Shown: in pieces, positions 1 through 8,560 of the stretch | Numbering within the stretch: position 1 is the first letter of the stretch | Layout of the letters: each line of letters opens with the position of its first letter | DNA from: a virus | Taxonomy: Duplodnaviria > Heunggongvirae > Uroviricota > Caudoviricetes | DNA: 64,000 nt | Virus record (IMG/VR): IMGVR_UViG_3300013307_000018 | Location: 16,312 to 80,311 of that record | Direction: 5' to 3' (one strand) | Position numbers and translations under genes: made by a program | Notes under the pieces: model-generated | The model's input: the letters and a program-made list of their open reading frames with translations, nothing else | The model's database searches: none | What the model was told of the DNA's origin: nothing

Positions 1-236
1 TTCCCCAAATCGAGTTCATCCGGGATTTCAGCCAGTGTCTCACGTAGGTCGTGTTTGGCATACCGCTCACGTCCCCGGGATTCCGAGCTACCCAGTTGCA
101 CCGCCAGTTCCACTGTGATGTCCTGCGGGGTGTTCTTTTTATCGGTGATACGAAATGCCGTGGCGGGCAGGTGGTAGATTAATCCCAATACCCCGAACAG
201 CACGGCTTCTTCGGTATCCCCTTTTACTTTGTCCAT
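1..236 (-). CDS. hypothetical protein, N-terminal part (gene runs past window start)
   Basis: ATG at 234-236 (minus) preceded by GGAGGA SD; frame open to position 1. Confidence 0.4.
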   Translation of the reverse strand, partial: MDKVKGDTEEAVLFGVLGLIYHLPATAFRITDKKNTPQDITVELAVQLGSSESRGRERYAKHDLRETLAEIPDELDLG

Positions 237-258
237 TGTGGTCCTCCGGTGATGCAGG

Positions 259-603
259 TTATTTGGGTTTGTCGTAGGTGTACTCCGGGTGCTCCGCAAT
301 CCACTCTACGGCGCGGGTCATGGCGTGGTTGACATCGTTGTCAATGATGCGAATCGTAGCGTGGTCGACAGTGGGTTCTCGCCAGCTGCACTTACTCGGT
401 TTCAGGTAGTAGCGGTTGAACTCCAATACCACTACAGGCTGCGTACCGTCCGCTATGAGCGGTTCTACCGCAACATTGATATCAGCGCTACCCCACATGT
501 CAGCACGGCGTATAACGCTTTCCAGGCCCATTGTGCTAGACGTCCCCCACGTACTGACTTTGATGTCGAAGTCAGGCTGGATGGTAAGCAAGGTGGCGGT
601 CAT
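259..603 (-). CDS. hypothetical protein (114 aa)
   Basis: ORF track; ATGA start/stop overlap with upstream gene at 600-603. Confidence 0.5.
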   Translation of the reverse strand: MTATLLTIQPDFDIKVSTWGTSSTMGLESVIRRADMWGSADINVAVEPLIADGTQPVVVLEFNRYYLKPSKCSWREPTVDHATIRIIDNDVNHAMTRAVEWIAEHPEYTYDKPK

Positions 604-1013
604 TTACGCTTACCTTTCTTACGTTTACCCGGACCGTGCGACAACGCCACATCTGGACTCGGTGCTTTACGCAAATGCATACCGGGTCTACGCCAGCCAA
701 ACCGACAATTGCCGTCAGGGTCACTGCTGTATTCAGCCTGCTCGTCGTTAGCGGTGGTGAGGAAAGCGGGTTCATCAATGTAGTTCGTGTAAGCGAACTC
801 GACCTGCGTACGCAGTTCATGCGGTCGGCGGTCATCTAACCAATCCGGCAACCCCTGCCATTTGCTTTTGATATCGGCAATAGACAGGTCAGCATGAAAC
901 ACGGTGGCAGTGGCGTGGTCGATGGCGAAGAACTCGGTGACATCCACGGGTACTGGCGGAATAAACTTTTCCTGGCTGCGAATATCAGTCAACGTTTTCA
1001 GTAGGATTTTCAT
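600..1013 (-). CDS. hypothetical protein (~137 aa)
   Basis: Internal ATG at 1013 with AGGAGG SD chosen over 1097 ORF start; overlaps tdk end by 29 nt. Confidence 0.5.
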   Translation of the reverse strand: MKILLKTLTDIRSQEKFIPPVPVDVTEFFAIDHATATVFHADLSIADIKSKWQGLPDWLDDRRPHELRTQVEFAYTNYIDEPAFLTTANDEQAEYSSDPDGNCRFGWRRPGMHLRKAPSPDVALSHGPGKRKKGKRK

Positions 1014-1626
1014 TCTTGGCCTCCTGCACAAGTTGGTTGATGTGATTACGTAGGGCAGCAGAATGACAGCGGCGGCACACCGCTTCATAACGGTCATTAC
1101 CGCCCACTACAACCTGATCACCTAAGAACACTGGATTACCTTCATCATCCAGACGCAAGACATGCGTAGAGCGACGACCACAGCTGCAAATCCCCCGGAC
1201 CTCGGTGATTTCCTCAGCGTGGGCCAACAACCCAGCACTGCCCGGAAACAACTTACCCTGGAAGTCGGTGCGCAACCCGTAACACAATACCGGCAAGTTG
1301 TAGAAGTCAACCAACTCACACAACTGTGCGACTTGTTGTTCCGTCAGGAACTGGGCTTCATCAACCAACACCACATCCACGGGATATGTTGAATCGACAT
1401 ACTGCCCTACGACATCTATCAGGTTCTCATCAGGAGAGAACAAAATAGCCGGCATGGATATCCCGATACGGGAAGCGACCGTGGCGTCGGCGCCTTCACG
1501 CGTATCGATGCGGGGCTTCAGGATAAGTGGGTGCATCCGGCGTTCCTGATAGTTGAACGCGGTTTGCAAGAGCACGGTTGTCTTGCCGGAATTCATGCTT
1601 GCGTATCTAAAGAAAAGCTTAGCCAT
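985..1626 (-). CDS. tdk: thymidine kinase
   Basis: MAKLFFRYASMNSGKT P-loop, LCYGLRTDF, C-terminal CxxC...CxxC zinc motif; near-collinear with E. coli Tdk; start at internal ATG 1626. Confidence 0.9.
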   Translation of the reverse strand: MAKLFFRYASMNSGKTTVLLQTAFNYQERRMHPLILKPRIDTREGADATVASRIGISMPAILFSPDENLIDVVGQYVDSTYPVDVVLVDEAQFLTEQQVAQLCELVDFYNLPVLCYGLRTDFQGKLFPGSAGLLAHAEEITEVRGICSCGRRSTHVLRLDDEGNPVFLGDQVVVGGNDRYEAVCRRCHSAALRNHINQLVQEAKNENPTENVD

Positions 1627-1768
1627 GAGGTTGTTTCTCTTTTGCGAGTTCCTGACGGACATGCTCACGGCATTCAGCCAATGGGCGACCGGTTTCTTTG
1701 TGCATGCTTTTGGCTTGCATTTCAATAAACTGGTCAACGATGCTGTTTTCGTTATGCTTACGCGACAT
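1619..1768 (-). CDS. small ORF (49 aa, MSRKHNENSIVDQFIEMQAKSMHKETGRPLAECREHVRQELAKEKQPHG)
   Basis: Not in ORF track (<60 aa); AGGAGA SD 6 nt upstream; TAA overlaps tdk ATG (ATGGCTAA). Confidence 0.3.
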   Translation of the reverse strand: MSRKHNENSIVDQFIEMQAKSMHKETGRPLAECREHVRQELAKEKQPHG

Positions 1769-2075
1769 CGGGATTCTCCTGTTGTAAGTCAACGCCAGTG
1801 ATTTCTACTAACATGGCACACATCCGGGTTTGTACCCGGGCCATGTTCTGGATGGTCTGGCTTTGTAGGGTCACGACCTCAGCCATGCGGGTCAGGTTGG
1901 TCGCGGTACCATTGATGAGATCAAGCATTTCCTCATGCAGCTCAATCAATAACATCTCAACTTCACTGGCACCACTGGCCTCGACGCGGGCACGCAGTCG
2001 GTCGAACGTGGCCTCGATGGCCGCAGCAGACTGGGTGAGTTGGATTTGTTCATCGTGCAGTTTATCGGAGGACAT
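1758..2075 (-). CDS. hypothetical protein (105 aa)
   Basis: Start moved to ATG 2075 (MSSDKLHDEQ) with GGAGTGG SD; ORF track 1758..2123. Confidence 0.45.
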   Translation of the reverse strand: MSSDKLHDEQIQLTQSAAAIEATFDRLRARVEASGASEVEMLLIELHEEMLDLINGTATNLTRMAEVVTLQSQTIQNMARVQTRMCAMLVEITGVDLQQENPDVA

Positions 2076-2430
2076 GTTTAAACCACTCCACAATTCGGTG
2101 TAAAGGACTACGCTGGAGAGCACTGCGACCTAGCCATTGGCGCAGCAGGGGGTTGTCATCACCACCTGGCATCTGGGTCAGGGTTACCATGCCTTTGTCT
2201 GTCAGCAGTAACACGAACATGGGATTGCCCGTTTGTCCAACGTCTTCTAATTGCCATCCTTGCTTTGCCACACATTCCCGGAACAACACCGCATCTGTTT
2301 CATAATCGGTGTTGAGTTGACGATAGAGACTCACTCCGAGCGTAGCAGCAGGGAGATGCTCACGGGTATCACGGGGTGTGGTGATGGTTTCCAAACGTTC
2401 TTTCAATACGGCTAACGATTCAATCATCAT
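2062..2430 (-). CDS. hypothetical protein (122 aa)
   Basis: ORF track; AGGAGA SD 7 nt upstream of ATGATG. Confidence 0.5.
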   Translation of the reverse strand: MMIESLAVLKERLETITTPRDTREHLPAATLGVSLYRQLNTDYETDAVLFRECVAKQGWQLEDVGQTGNPMFVLLLTDKGMVTLTQMPGGDDNPLLRQWLGRSALQRSPLHRIVEWFKHVLR

Positions 2431-2507
2431 GGGATATCTCCTGTACGACTCCCATGATTCATGGTCACCGTAAAAAATGAGAGCCAGGGCGGACCCTGGC
2501 CGTAGAA

Positions 2508-3527
2508 TTACTCGTCGTCTTTTGCCGGTAATTCACGCAGCATATTTGTCAGAGTGGGGTACAACGTCGAGTGGTTACCGAAAGCACCCGCCTGACCGTT
2601 TCGCATTAACTTATCTGCCATTGCTTTAGCACGCTCTGGCGTCATCGGTTTGGTGGGTGCCGGTTCTTTAGGCCAGCGGTGATTGTTCAGGATGACCTTT
2701 GCTTCGGCCAGCAATTGCTCAAATTCCGCTTCGGTGAGTTCGCGGTTGCAGTTCGGACTGCGAGTAAAGCGACCATACCACTGGACCGCAAAGTCACGCC
2801 AGACAAAGTTCCAGGTGTCCGTGTAATCGCTGGAATGGCGGTTATAGGTACGCAGAACCATATCCGGGTGATAAAGATTGCACTCGGTCGACTCACTGGT
2901 GAACAGAATGTCCTCGGCGTGTGGGGAGTGTTCTTTAACCATTGTGCGGATAGCCAGTAACGCAGCATAAGCCCGTGGACTGTCTTCTTCGCTAAAGCCC
3001 ATACGACAATTCACAATCGGTGGATAAATGCCTTCAACTACCTCCAGTGACGGGAGGTTCCCATCGTCGAGCTCCCAGGTCATTGACAATGCATCAAAGA
3101 GTACTGCGAGTTTCTCTGCGTCGGTACGCATGCCCTGGGTTTGACTGGCAGCGTAGCTACGGTCATTGAGGTGCAATACGACCGGGACCGTGTCTTTGAA
3201 TGACACACCCACGGCAGCATAGTTGTCGTCGCTCATTTCATAGACCAGAGTTACGTGTCCTGGAATACCAAACTGCATGCGGAAACACATGACTGCCATC
3301 CCACCGAATGCGTCAGGGAACAACTGCTCACCGTATTTGTCAACCAGTTCTTCACCGGCCATAATCATCCAGCTGTACAGTCCTTGCTCACCTCGGGCAA
3401 AGTTATCCAGGATTTCACTGGCTGGTTCACTGCCGGCACCTTCAAGTTTAGCCAGCGAAGGGAACAACACCCGGGCTGACGAATCATCCAGGAACTTCAG
3501 CGATTCAGTAAGTTTTGTACCCATCAT
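2508..3527 (-). CDS. hypothetical protein (339 aa)
   Basis: Long ORF, ATGA overlap with downstream gene at 3524-3527. Confidence 0.55.
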   Translation of the reverse strand: MMGTKLTESLKFLDDSSARVLFPSLAKLEGAGSEPASEILDNFARGEQGLYSWMIMAGEELVDKYGEQLFPDAFGGMAVMCFRMQFGIPGHVTLVYEMSDDNYAAVGVSFKDTVPVVLHLNDRSYAASQTQGMRTDAEKLAVLFDALSMTWELDDGNLPSLEVVEGIYPPIVNCRMGFSEEDSPRAYAALLAIRTMVKEHSPHAEDILFTSESTECNLYHPDMVLRTYNRHSSDYTDTWNFVWRDFAVQWYGRFTRSPNCNRELTEAEFEQLLAEAKVILNNHRWPKEPAPTKPMTPERAKAMADKLMRNGQAGAFGNHSTLYPTLTNMLRELPAKDDE

Positions 3528-3922
3528 AATGCACGCTCCAGTTGTTCTTTAGCGAAATCCAACATGCCACGGTGCATGTCTTCACAGAGTTGACGAAACG
3601 GTTCCATCACCGGTTTATGGTGTTCGAACACATACTTCAGCAGTTCAGAGGCCATCACCACGTTGGTGGCACCTTGCTGCTGGATTAACGACCCCCGGTA
3701 TTTCCGGGTCAGACCGGCATTGGTGAAGATGTGCGAACTGACCACGGGTCCGGTGACCACTAACGCCCCTTCCAGTGGACGGACATTACGTGAGTACACA
3801 GAGGCTTCACTGAACGCCAGTACCGCAATGATTTTATCTTTCACAGGCAGTTCACGTTCGAATTGCTTACGGGTCTTTTCGGTCAGTTCCAGGGCCACGA
3901 TATTAAAGGTATTCATTTTCAT
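3524..3922 (-). CDS. hypothetical protein (132 aa)
   Basis: ORF track; starts just downstream of terminator at 3931-3956. Confidence 0.55.
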   Translation of the reverse strand: MKMNTFNIVALELTEKTRKQFERELPVKDKIIAVLAFSEASVYSRNVRPLEGALVVTGPVVSSHIFTNAGLTRKYRGSLIQQQGATNVVMASELLKYVFEHHKPVMEPFRQLCEDMHRGMLDFAKEQLERAL

Positions 3923-3930
3923 ACTCCGGT

Positions 3931-3956
3931 AATAAATGGGAGACCGAAGTCCCCCT
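3931..3956 (-). terminator. intrinsic terminator, UUCG tetraloop
   Basis: plus aataaa-TGGGAGAC-cgaa-GTCCCC. Confidence 0.55.
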
Positions 3957-3967
3957 GTTGAATCGCA

Positions 3968-4624
3968 TTAAAGCGGCAAATAGCGGACGTTGTCCACAAA
4001 GTCGATGTAGCGTTGACTGGAGCGGATTGACGCATACAACCACAGCCCTTCTACGTCCTGGACATACAACGTCATGGGCTGGTTTTCCAGTCGGGCATCA
4101 TTGCGACCGCGTGAGTAACTGCCAACCAGCATCATGTCTTGATAACGCACAACCCGGCGCTGTTGTTGTGCAAACACCGTGACCATCCCGACATTAGCAA
4201 CCGGTTTGTTTTCCACCGACATCTGTTGTGACTGGTTGGTAAGTTTTTTATTGAGGTTTTTAAGCTTCTCTACCATCAGTTGATGATGAACCCTGATAGC
4301 ATGGGCGTAGCCTGCTACCGATATGGTGACGTGGTCATCCGCCATTCCCAACCAGACTATCTTACTGTTGATGTTCTCTGAGATAGAGTTCACGCCATCC
4401 CCGGCATCCATGTGGCGGGTAATTTCAATGGGCAGTTCAACCGGCAAGTCGATATGGTACTGCGCAGCATAGCCGAGCAACAACACGTCCAGGATTTTTG
4501 CCCCTTGCTTTTGATTGACTCGCAACGCCATCTCGAGTTCAGACTCGCTGTCTGACGCTGAGAACGTCAGGTAGTAGTTCATTGGGGTGATGCTGATGTT
4601 TTCACTGCTGATAACGTTTAACAT
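3968..4624 (-). CDS. hypothetical protein (~218 aa)
   Basis: Internal ATG (MLNVISSEN) with GGAG SD; ORF track 3968..4705. Confidence 0.5.
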   Translation of the reverse strand: MLNVISSENISITPMNYYLTFSASDSESELEMALRVNQKQGAKILDVLLLGYAAQYHIDLPVELPIEITRHMDAGDGVNSISENINSKIVWLGMADDHVTISVAGYAHAIRVHHQLMVEKLKNLNKKLTNQSQQMSVENKPVANVGMVTVFAQQQRRVVRYQDMMLVGSYSRGRNDARLENQPMTLYVQDVEGLWLYASIRSSQRYIDFVDNVRYLPL

Positions 4625-4673
4625 GGTGTTACTCCGTCGGGTCAACGCAATGTGCCCGTTGGTAAAGGTCGGT

Positions 4674-4832
4674 TCAGTACCGACCGAGAAGCGCGATGCT
4701 GACATACATCAACACCACCGAAAGTATAGAGAACACGAGATATATACGCTTACCGGACTTCCCTGCCAGAAAGGCAAAGACAGCGATAAGCACCCAGGAC
4801 ACAATCCACATCACTGACCAGAACGCAGCCAT
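4674..4832 (-). CDS. small membrane protein (52 aa, MAAFWSVMWIVSWVLIAVF...)
   Basis: Hydrophobic helix; internal ATG of ORF 4674..4883; TAATG coupling to upstream micro-gene. Confidence 0.4.
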   Translation of the reverse strand: MAAFWSVMWIVSWVLIAVFAFLAGKSGKRIYLVFSILSVVLMYVSIALLGRY

Positions 4833-5002
4833 TAATGATGCACTAACGAAACAGCGAACGACACAAAGGCCAACACCACACACAGCGTTGCACCTCGGTC
4901 CATCCAGACTTTGCGATACTTACGTCGTGCCCACAGCAGACTAAAGCACAACCCACCAAACACAAAGGTGGCGACCAAATTCCAGAAAGCAAAAACCGTC
5001 AT
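4832..5002 (-). CDS. small membrane protein (56 aa, MTVFAFWNLVATFVFGGLCF...)
   Basis: Not in ORF track (<60 aa); GAGGA SD; N-terminus paralogous to 4674..4832. Confidence 0.35.
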   Translation of the reverse strand: MTVFAFWNLVATFVFGGLCFSLLWARRKYRKVWMDRGATLCVVLAFVSFAVSLVHH

Positions 5003-5004
5003 GA

Positions 5005-5262
5005 CTATTCCTCAAAGGACGTTGGAACCACACACGTTTCAAAACCTTTGGCCGTACGAATCTCAAGGGTCGATGCATCGTACACGTATTTGCAGCCGGT
5101 GGTGGTGTCGGTATAGATGAACAATGGGGTGTTGTCCACACTGGTTTTGCTGTAACGCGTTGACGATGCATGTGATTCGAGTTGGGTTAATCCCAACAGA
5201 GCCACTACCATCCACACAGCAAATCCCATCCCTAACCCCACAGCAAGCTTTTGGTATTTCAT
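5005..5262 (-). CDS. small secreted/membrane-anchored protein (85 aa)
   Basis: N-terminal hydrophobic signal-like segment; motif TDTTTGCKYVYDAS shared with 26389..26616. Confidence 0.5.
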   Translation of the reverse strand: MKYQKLAVGLGMGFAVWMVVALLGLTQLESHASSTRYSKTSVDNTPLFIYTDTTTGCKYVYDASTLEIRTAKGFETCVVPTSFEE

Positions 5263-5864
5263 TACAGTACCTTTAAGGTGTGCGGCAATGTAATACGAAT
5301 CAGTTGGCGTTTAACCGGACGCTGGACCGGAAGGGACTCGTGGATACAGGTCGAGTTGGCTAAATACACCCGGTTGTGTAACATCGGTACCACTTGCAGC
5401 TGAGCGAGTTGGTCACGCAAGTGCTCACAATCCCCACCTTCACCCGGCGTGCCTTCAACCGCCCCTTTCCAGGCCACGGAGGCGGCTTCACTGGCCGCAA
5501 CCAACATGCCGCCGATGTTATCGCCGTTGGTAACCCACCTCGGCAAGGTATCGGCGTGCAGGGCTGGGGTGTTGACCCAGTCTTTATTAAAGCGGGCAGC
5601 CGCAGGTTCAATCCAGTTTCCGTCGATGTGCGCGCCGCCACGGCGTTGGGTCTGGCCGGGTTGCAGGTGTTGTTCATCGATAGTAACAAAGAAGCGCTCG
5701 GTACCGCGAATATCCACGGCGGCCATCATGGTGCGGATGACGTCGGTGTAATCGCCTAAGCCTTGCTTGTCGAGGGTGACTAACGACATACCTGCCATAT
5801 AGCACTGGCGGGCTTTGAATTTAGGGAACTCAACATGACTGACGTGTTGTATTGCACTACGCAT
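5262..5864 (-). CDS. hypothetical protein (200 aa); possible HxD...H metal-site enzyme
   Basis: ORF track; HIDGNW and downstream His residues; TAATG overlap with 5005..5262. Confidence 0.5.
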   Translation of the reverse strand: MRSAIQHVSHVEFPKFKARQCYMAGMSLVTLDKQGLGDYTDVIRTMMAAVDIRGTERFFVTIDEQHLQPGQTQRRGGAHIDGNWIEPAAARFNKDWVNTPALHADTLPRWVTNGDNIGGMLVAASEAASVAWKGAVEGTPGEGGDCEHLRDQLAQLQVVPMLHNRVYLANSTCIHESLPVQRPVKRQLIRITLPHTLKVL

Positions 5865-5993
5865 TGTTTTACTCCAGAAGAGAATTGCCTACTTACAAAT
5901 GTTTGGTACGATCTGTTGCTTTTTACATTGCCTGAAAAATTAACAAGTCTAATGTGACCATTAACATGATATATTTGTACAAATTTTTTATAT

Positions 5994-6023
5994 GACGAAA
6001 AAATAAAGGAGGGAAACCCCTCC
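5994..6023 (-). terminator. intrinsic terminator
   Basis: plus aaaaaataaa-GGAGGG-aaac-CCCTCC. Confidence 0.55.
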
Positions 6024-6051
6024 TTCTATGGTGTTTGTTGCTGTGACAACT

Positions 6052-6150
6052 TAAAGAGAAAACAGTCTCGCACCGCTCATTACCATCAGGGCAATGATAC
6101 CGATGTTAAACAGCAGCAGTAACCGCAAATCTTTTTTAATATTACGCATG
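6052..6150 (-). CDS. micro-ORF, 32-aa membrane peptide (MRNIKKDLRLLLLFNIGIIALMVMSGARLFSL)
   Basis: GAGGT SD; bracketed by two terminators; TTGTCA-16-TACTAT promoter-like upstream. Confidence 0.3.
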
Positions 6151-6210
6151 GTTACCTCGGGGTGTAGGGTAGCGTTGGTCAAATAGTAACCAACACATAA
6201 TTGATGACAA

Positions 6211-6240
6211 AAAAATAAGGGGCACAGCGTCCCCTTATTA
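6211..6240 (-). terminator. intrinsic terminator
   Basis: plus aaaaaa-TAAGGGG-cacagcgt-CCCCTTA. Confidence 0.45.
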
Positions 6241-6287
6241 ATTGTTACTCTGTGACTAATCGTACCGTGTAAAAACTGATTGGGTGG

Positions 6288-6542
6288 TTACGACCAGTTC
6301 GCATACTTCGCGCCACAGAAGAACATGAGCATGAACAATACCAGGATGGTATAGTCTTGACGCATGGAGGTCCGATTGATGATGCGGTTCACCGTATGGA
6401 GTACCGTCACAGAAAGAAAGGTCAGACACAGATAACCAAAGACGTCCCGGTCAGCGATGTTCTCAGTCACTTTGGCAAACAGACCCATGACACAGGCTGC
6501 CAACGCAACCATTATTCCATCTTTAAGTAAAAACGTTTTCAT
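6288..6542 (-). CDS. small membrane protein (84 aa)
   Basis: Two predicted TM helices; ATG 6542 with GGAG SD. Confidence 0.45.
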   Translation of the reverse strand: MKTFLLKDGIMVALAACVMGLFAKVTENIADRDVFGYLCLTFLSVTVLHTVNRIINRTSMRQDYTILVLFMLMFFCGAKYANWS

Positions 6543-6572
6543 TACTTTACTCCAATTCAATTTGAGACCCGA

Positions 6573-7193
6573 TTAGCTCAGGGTGACAATAACCAACTGC
6601 TCTTGCTCGTGACACACCACACCCAGCGTCCAACCTGCATCGTACAACCAGAAAGGATTGGCATTCTCGAAACGGGAATGGACGATATTCTCAATGACGT
6701 TGTTGAAGTATTCGGTCGCACTGCCGGTACGGTGAGCAGAACTGAAGTCAGACCGGACCGTGCGAGCAAAGCGCCGCAACCAAAGATTTTCGTTTGGTGT
6801 CTGTTGCGGTCTTGCTGAATCCGAGTCCTGCGGTTCAGAGCGGAGGGCGGGCTTTAACCGCTCCAGCACAAACGCGAACTTACGCCCATCAAACATCGTG
6901 CTGACTTGCATACCGAGTGCCGAAAACGCAACGTAGTCAATGGCTCGTCCGAACGTGTCAAACACAGGGGCGTTTTGTTCGACGGATGCATTGCTGACCC
7001 ACGCTGATACTTCTTCGGCGTTGCGAGGATTGGCAATGAACGTCACTCGCTCTTTGAGGTAGTTATCAATGACCGCAAGACGAGCAAAGTCCTTGAACTC
7101 GGGCGTGGACTCATGGGCAATGCGGTTCAGCAGATGGTTCTTGGCATTGTCAGACGTATCACGTTGTTGTTCGCCACAGTTTGGGTTACGCAT
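6573..7193 (-). CDS. hypothetical protein (206 aa)
   Basis: ORF track. Confidence 0.5.
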   Translation of the reverse strand: MRNPNCGEQQRDTSDNAKNHLLNRIAHESTPEFKDFARLAVIDNYLKERVTFIANPRNAEEVSAWVSNASVEQNAPVFDTFGRAIDYVAFSALGMQVSTMFDGRKFAFVLERLKPALRSEPQDSDSARPQQTPNENLWLRRFARTVRSDFSSAHRTGSATEYFNNVIENIVHSRFENANPFWLYDAGWTLGVVCHEQEQLVIVTLS

Positions 7194-7230
7194 TAAGTAC
7201 TCCAGTTAAAATAAAGGATTGGGGACAAAA

Positions 7231-7256
7231 AAAGAAGAGGGACCAAAGTCCCTCCA
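7231..7256 (-). terminator. intrinsic terminator
   Basis: plus aaaaaaagaa-GAGGGAC-caaa-GTCCCTC. Confidence 0.55.
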
Positions 7257-7268
7257 GGTGAATAGCAG

Positions 7269-8147
7269 TTAGTCCTGGTTTTCCTCAGAAGAGGAGAACT
7301 TGTAAAACGGAATCACGTTGCCCACTGGGCGATGTTCTTGCCGACGTTGTTTATGTACCAGGAAAGCAGGGGCTTTGCCTTTGTGGATGCGCTGCAGGAC
7401 AAACGACGTGTCCTCGTCAAACACGATGGCATACGGATCAGCGTCGACAGGCAGGATGTTGCGACCCCGAAAGGCGTAGACATCATTCCCTACAACATGT
7501 TGATAACCAAATGACTGCTCGATATAAGCTCGGGCATTCATGGCATCTTTGCCGTAATCCGCACCCGTCATCAGGTGTTCGAGGTTTTCACCCAATGCTT
7601 TGATGCCGACCGTGCCACGCTGGTTGACGCGCGGCACCATAAAGCGTATTTCAGCGTCTGTGATATCGTAGCAGTCATGGCTCAATGTACCCACGACTTT
7701 GCGCAGGTGTCTTGGAATGACGTAGTGTTGTTCGCGGAGGTCTGCGTCGTCAGAGGCATGCATGGGTACGCACCCGCCTAACCAATACCCGAGACTGTTG
7801 CAATCCCGCATTAACTCCGACCACTCCTGACGGGCACGTTTCGGGTCTTTGCCGTGCACGTACGCGCGATGCTCGGGGGATTGCCAGAAGGCCGTGATAA
7901 AGGCGGCCCGTAAAAAGTCAACCAGTGGAGACGCATGTTGGTTGTGGGTGACATGCAGTGCCGAGGTCATCAGTACCTGGTCATCTTTGGCCAGTACTGC
8001 GAGGTGACGAGGATTCATTCGGTCACATGACAGTACCAACAGGTCATGACCCAGGGGTCCTTTGGTCTGGAAAACAGCGGTCTTTTTGTTTTCGTCGGTT
8101 AACAGGGTATCGGTGATGATGTTTACAAAAGGCAGTGCAGTTTTCAT
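7269..8147 (-). CDS. hypothetical protein (292 aa)
   Basis: ORF track; followed by terminator 7231-7256. Confidence 0.55.
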   Translation of the reverse strand: MKTALPFVNIITDTLLTDENKKTAVFQTKGPLGHDLLVLSCDRMNPRHLAVLAKDDQVLMTSALHVTHNQHASPLVDFLRAAFITAFWQSPEHRAYVHGKDPKRARQEWSELMRDCNSLGYWLGGCVPMHASDDADLREQHYVIPRHLRKVVGTLSHDCYDITDAEIRFMVPRVNQRGTVGIKALGENLEHLMTGADYGKDAMNARAYIEQSFGYQHVVGNDVYAFRGRNILPVDADPYAIVFDEDTSFVLQRIHKGKAPAFLVHKQRRQEHRPVGNVIPFYKFSSSEENQD

Positions 8148-8208
8148 GGGTTTATACTCTCTATAGTCAGATGGAGTGGCGACGTTCGTCTATTCGCCGA
8201 GTGGGTAA

Positions 8209-8493
8209 TCAGAGGCCGTAGATGGCCATGAGGCTTACTTGGGTAACAAACACGATACTGGCATAGACAGTACCGCCTAAGAACACCGCGATTGCTGTGC
8301 TAGGCACCGGAATGTCACGATTATCACATTCGAACTTCAATACAGCGGTTAACACCCCGCCCAGTATTGCCGCGATGCCCGCTTCGCTAGCAGTGAACAC
8401 AATCTGATTAAACAGCAGACTGTAGGCAACCAATGCGAGCAACACATAAATCAAATTACCCGGCTTGCGTTTAGATTGAGGGGTGCTTTCCAT
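8209..8493 (-). CDS. small membrane protein (94 aa)
   Basis: Internal ATG (MESTPQSKRK) with GGAG SD; two hydrophobic helices. Confidence 0.45.
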   Translation of the reverse strand: MESTPQSKRKPGNLIYVLLALVAYSLLFNQIVFTASEAGIAAILGGVLTAVLKFECDNRDIPVPSTAIAVFLGGTVYASIVFVTQVSLMAIYGL

Positions 8494-8520
8494 TATACTA
8501 CTCCGATGGTTATTTATAAA

Positions 8521-8551
8521 AAAAAAAGAAGAGAGACCAAAGTCTCTCTCC
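8521..8551 (-). terminator. intrinsic terminator
   Basis: plus aaaaaaagaa-GAGAGAC-caaa-GTCTCTC. Confidence 0.55.
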
Positions 8552-8560
8552 CAGTAGGTG

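Noticed and set aside
7269-8147. The 292-aa protein as an ADP-ribosyltransferase, macro-domain or nuclease
   Set aside because: No diagnostic catalytic motif could be identified by eye; left as hypothetical.
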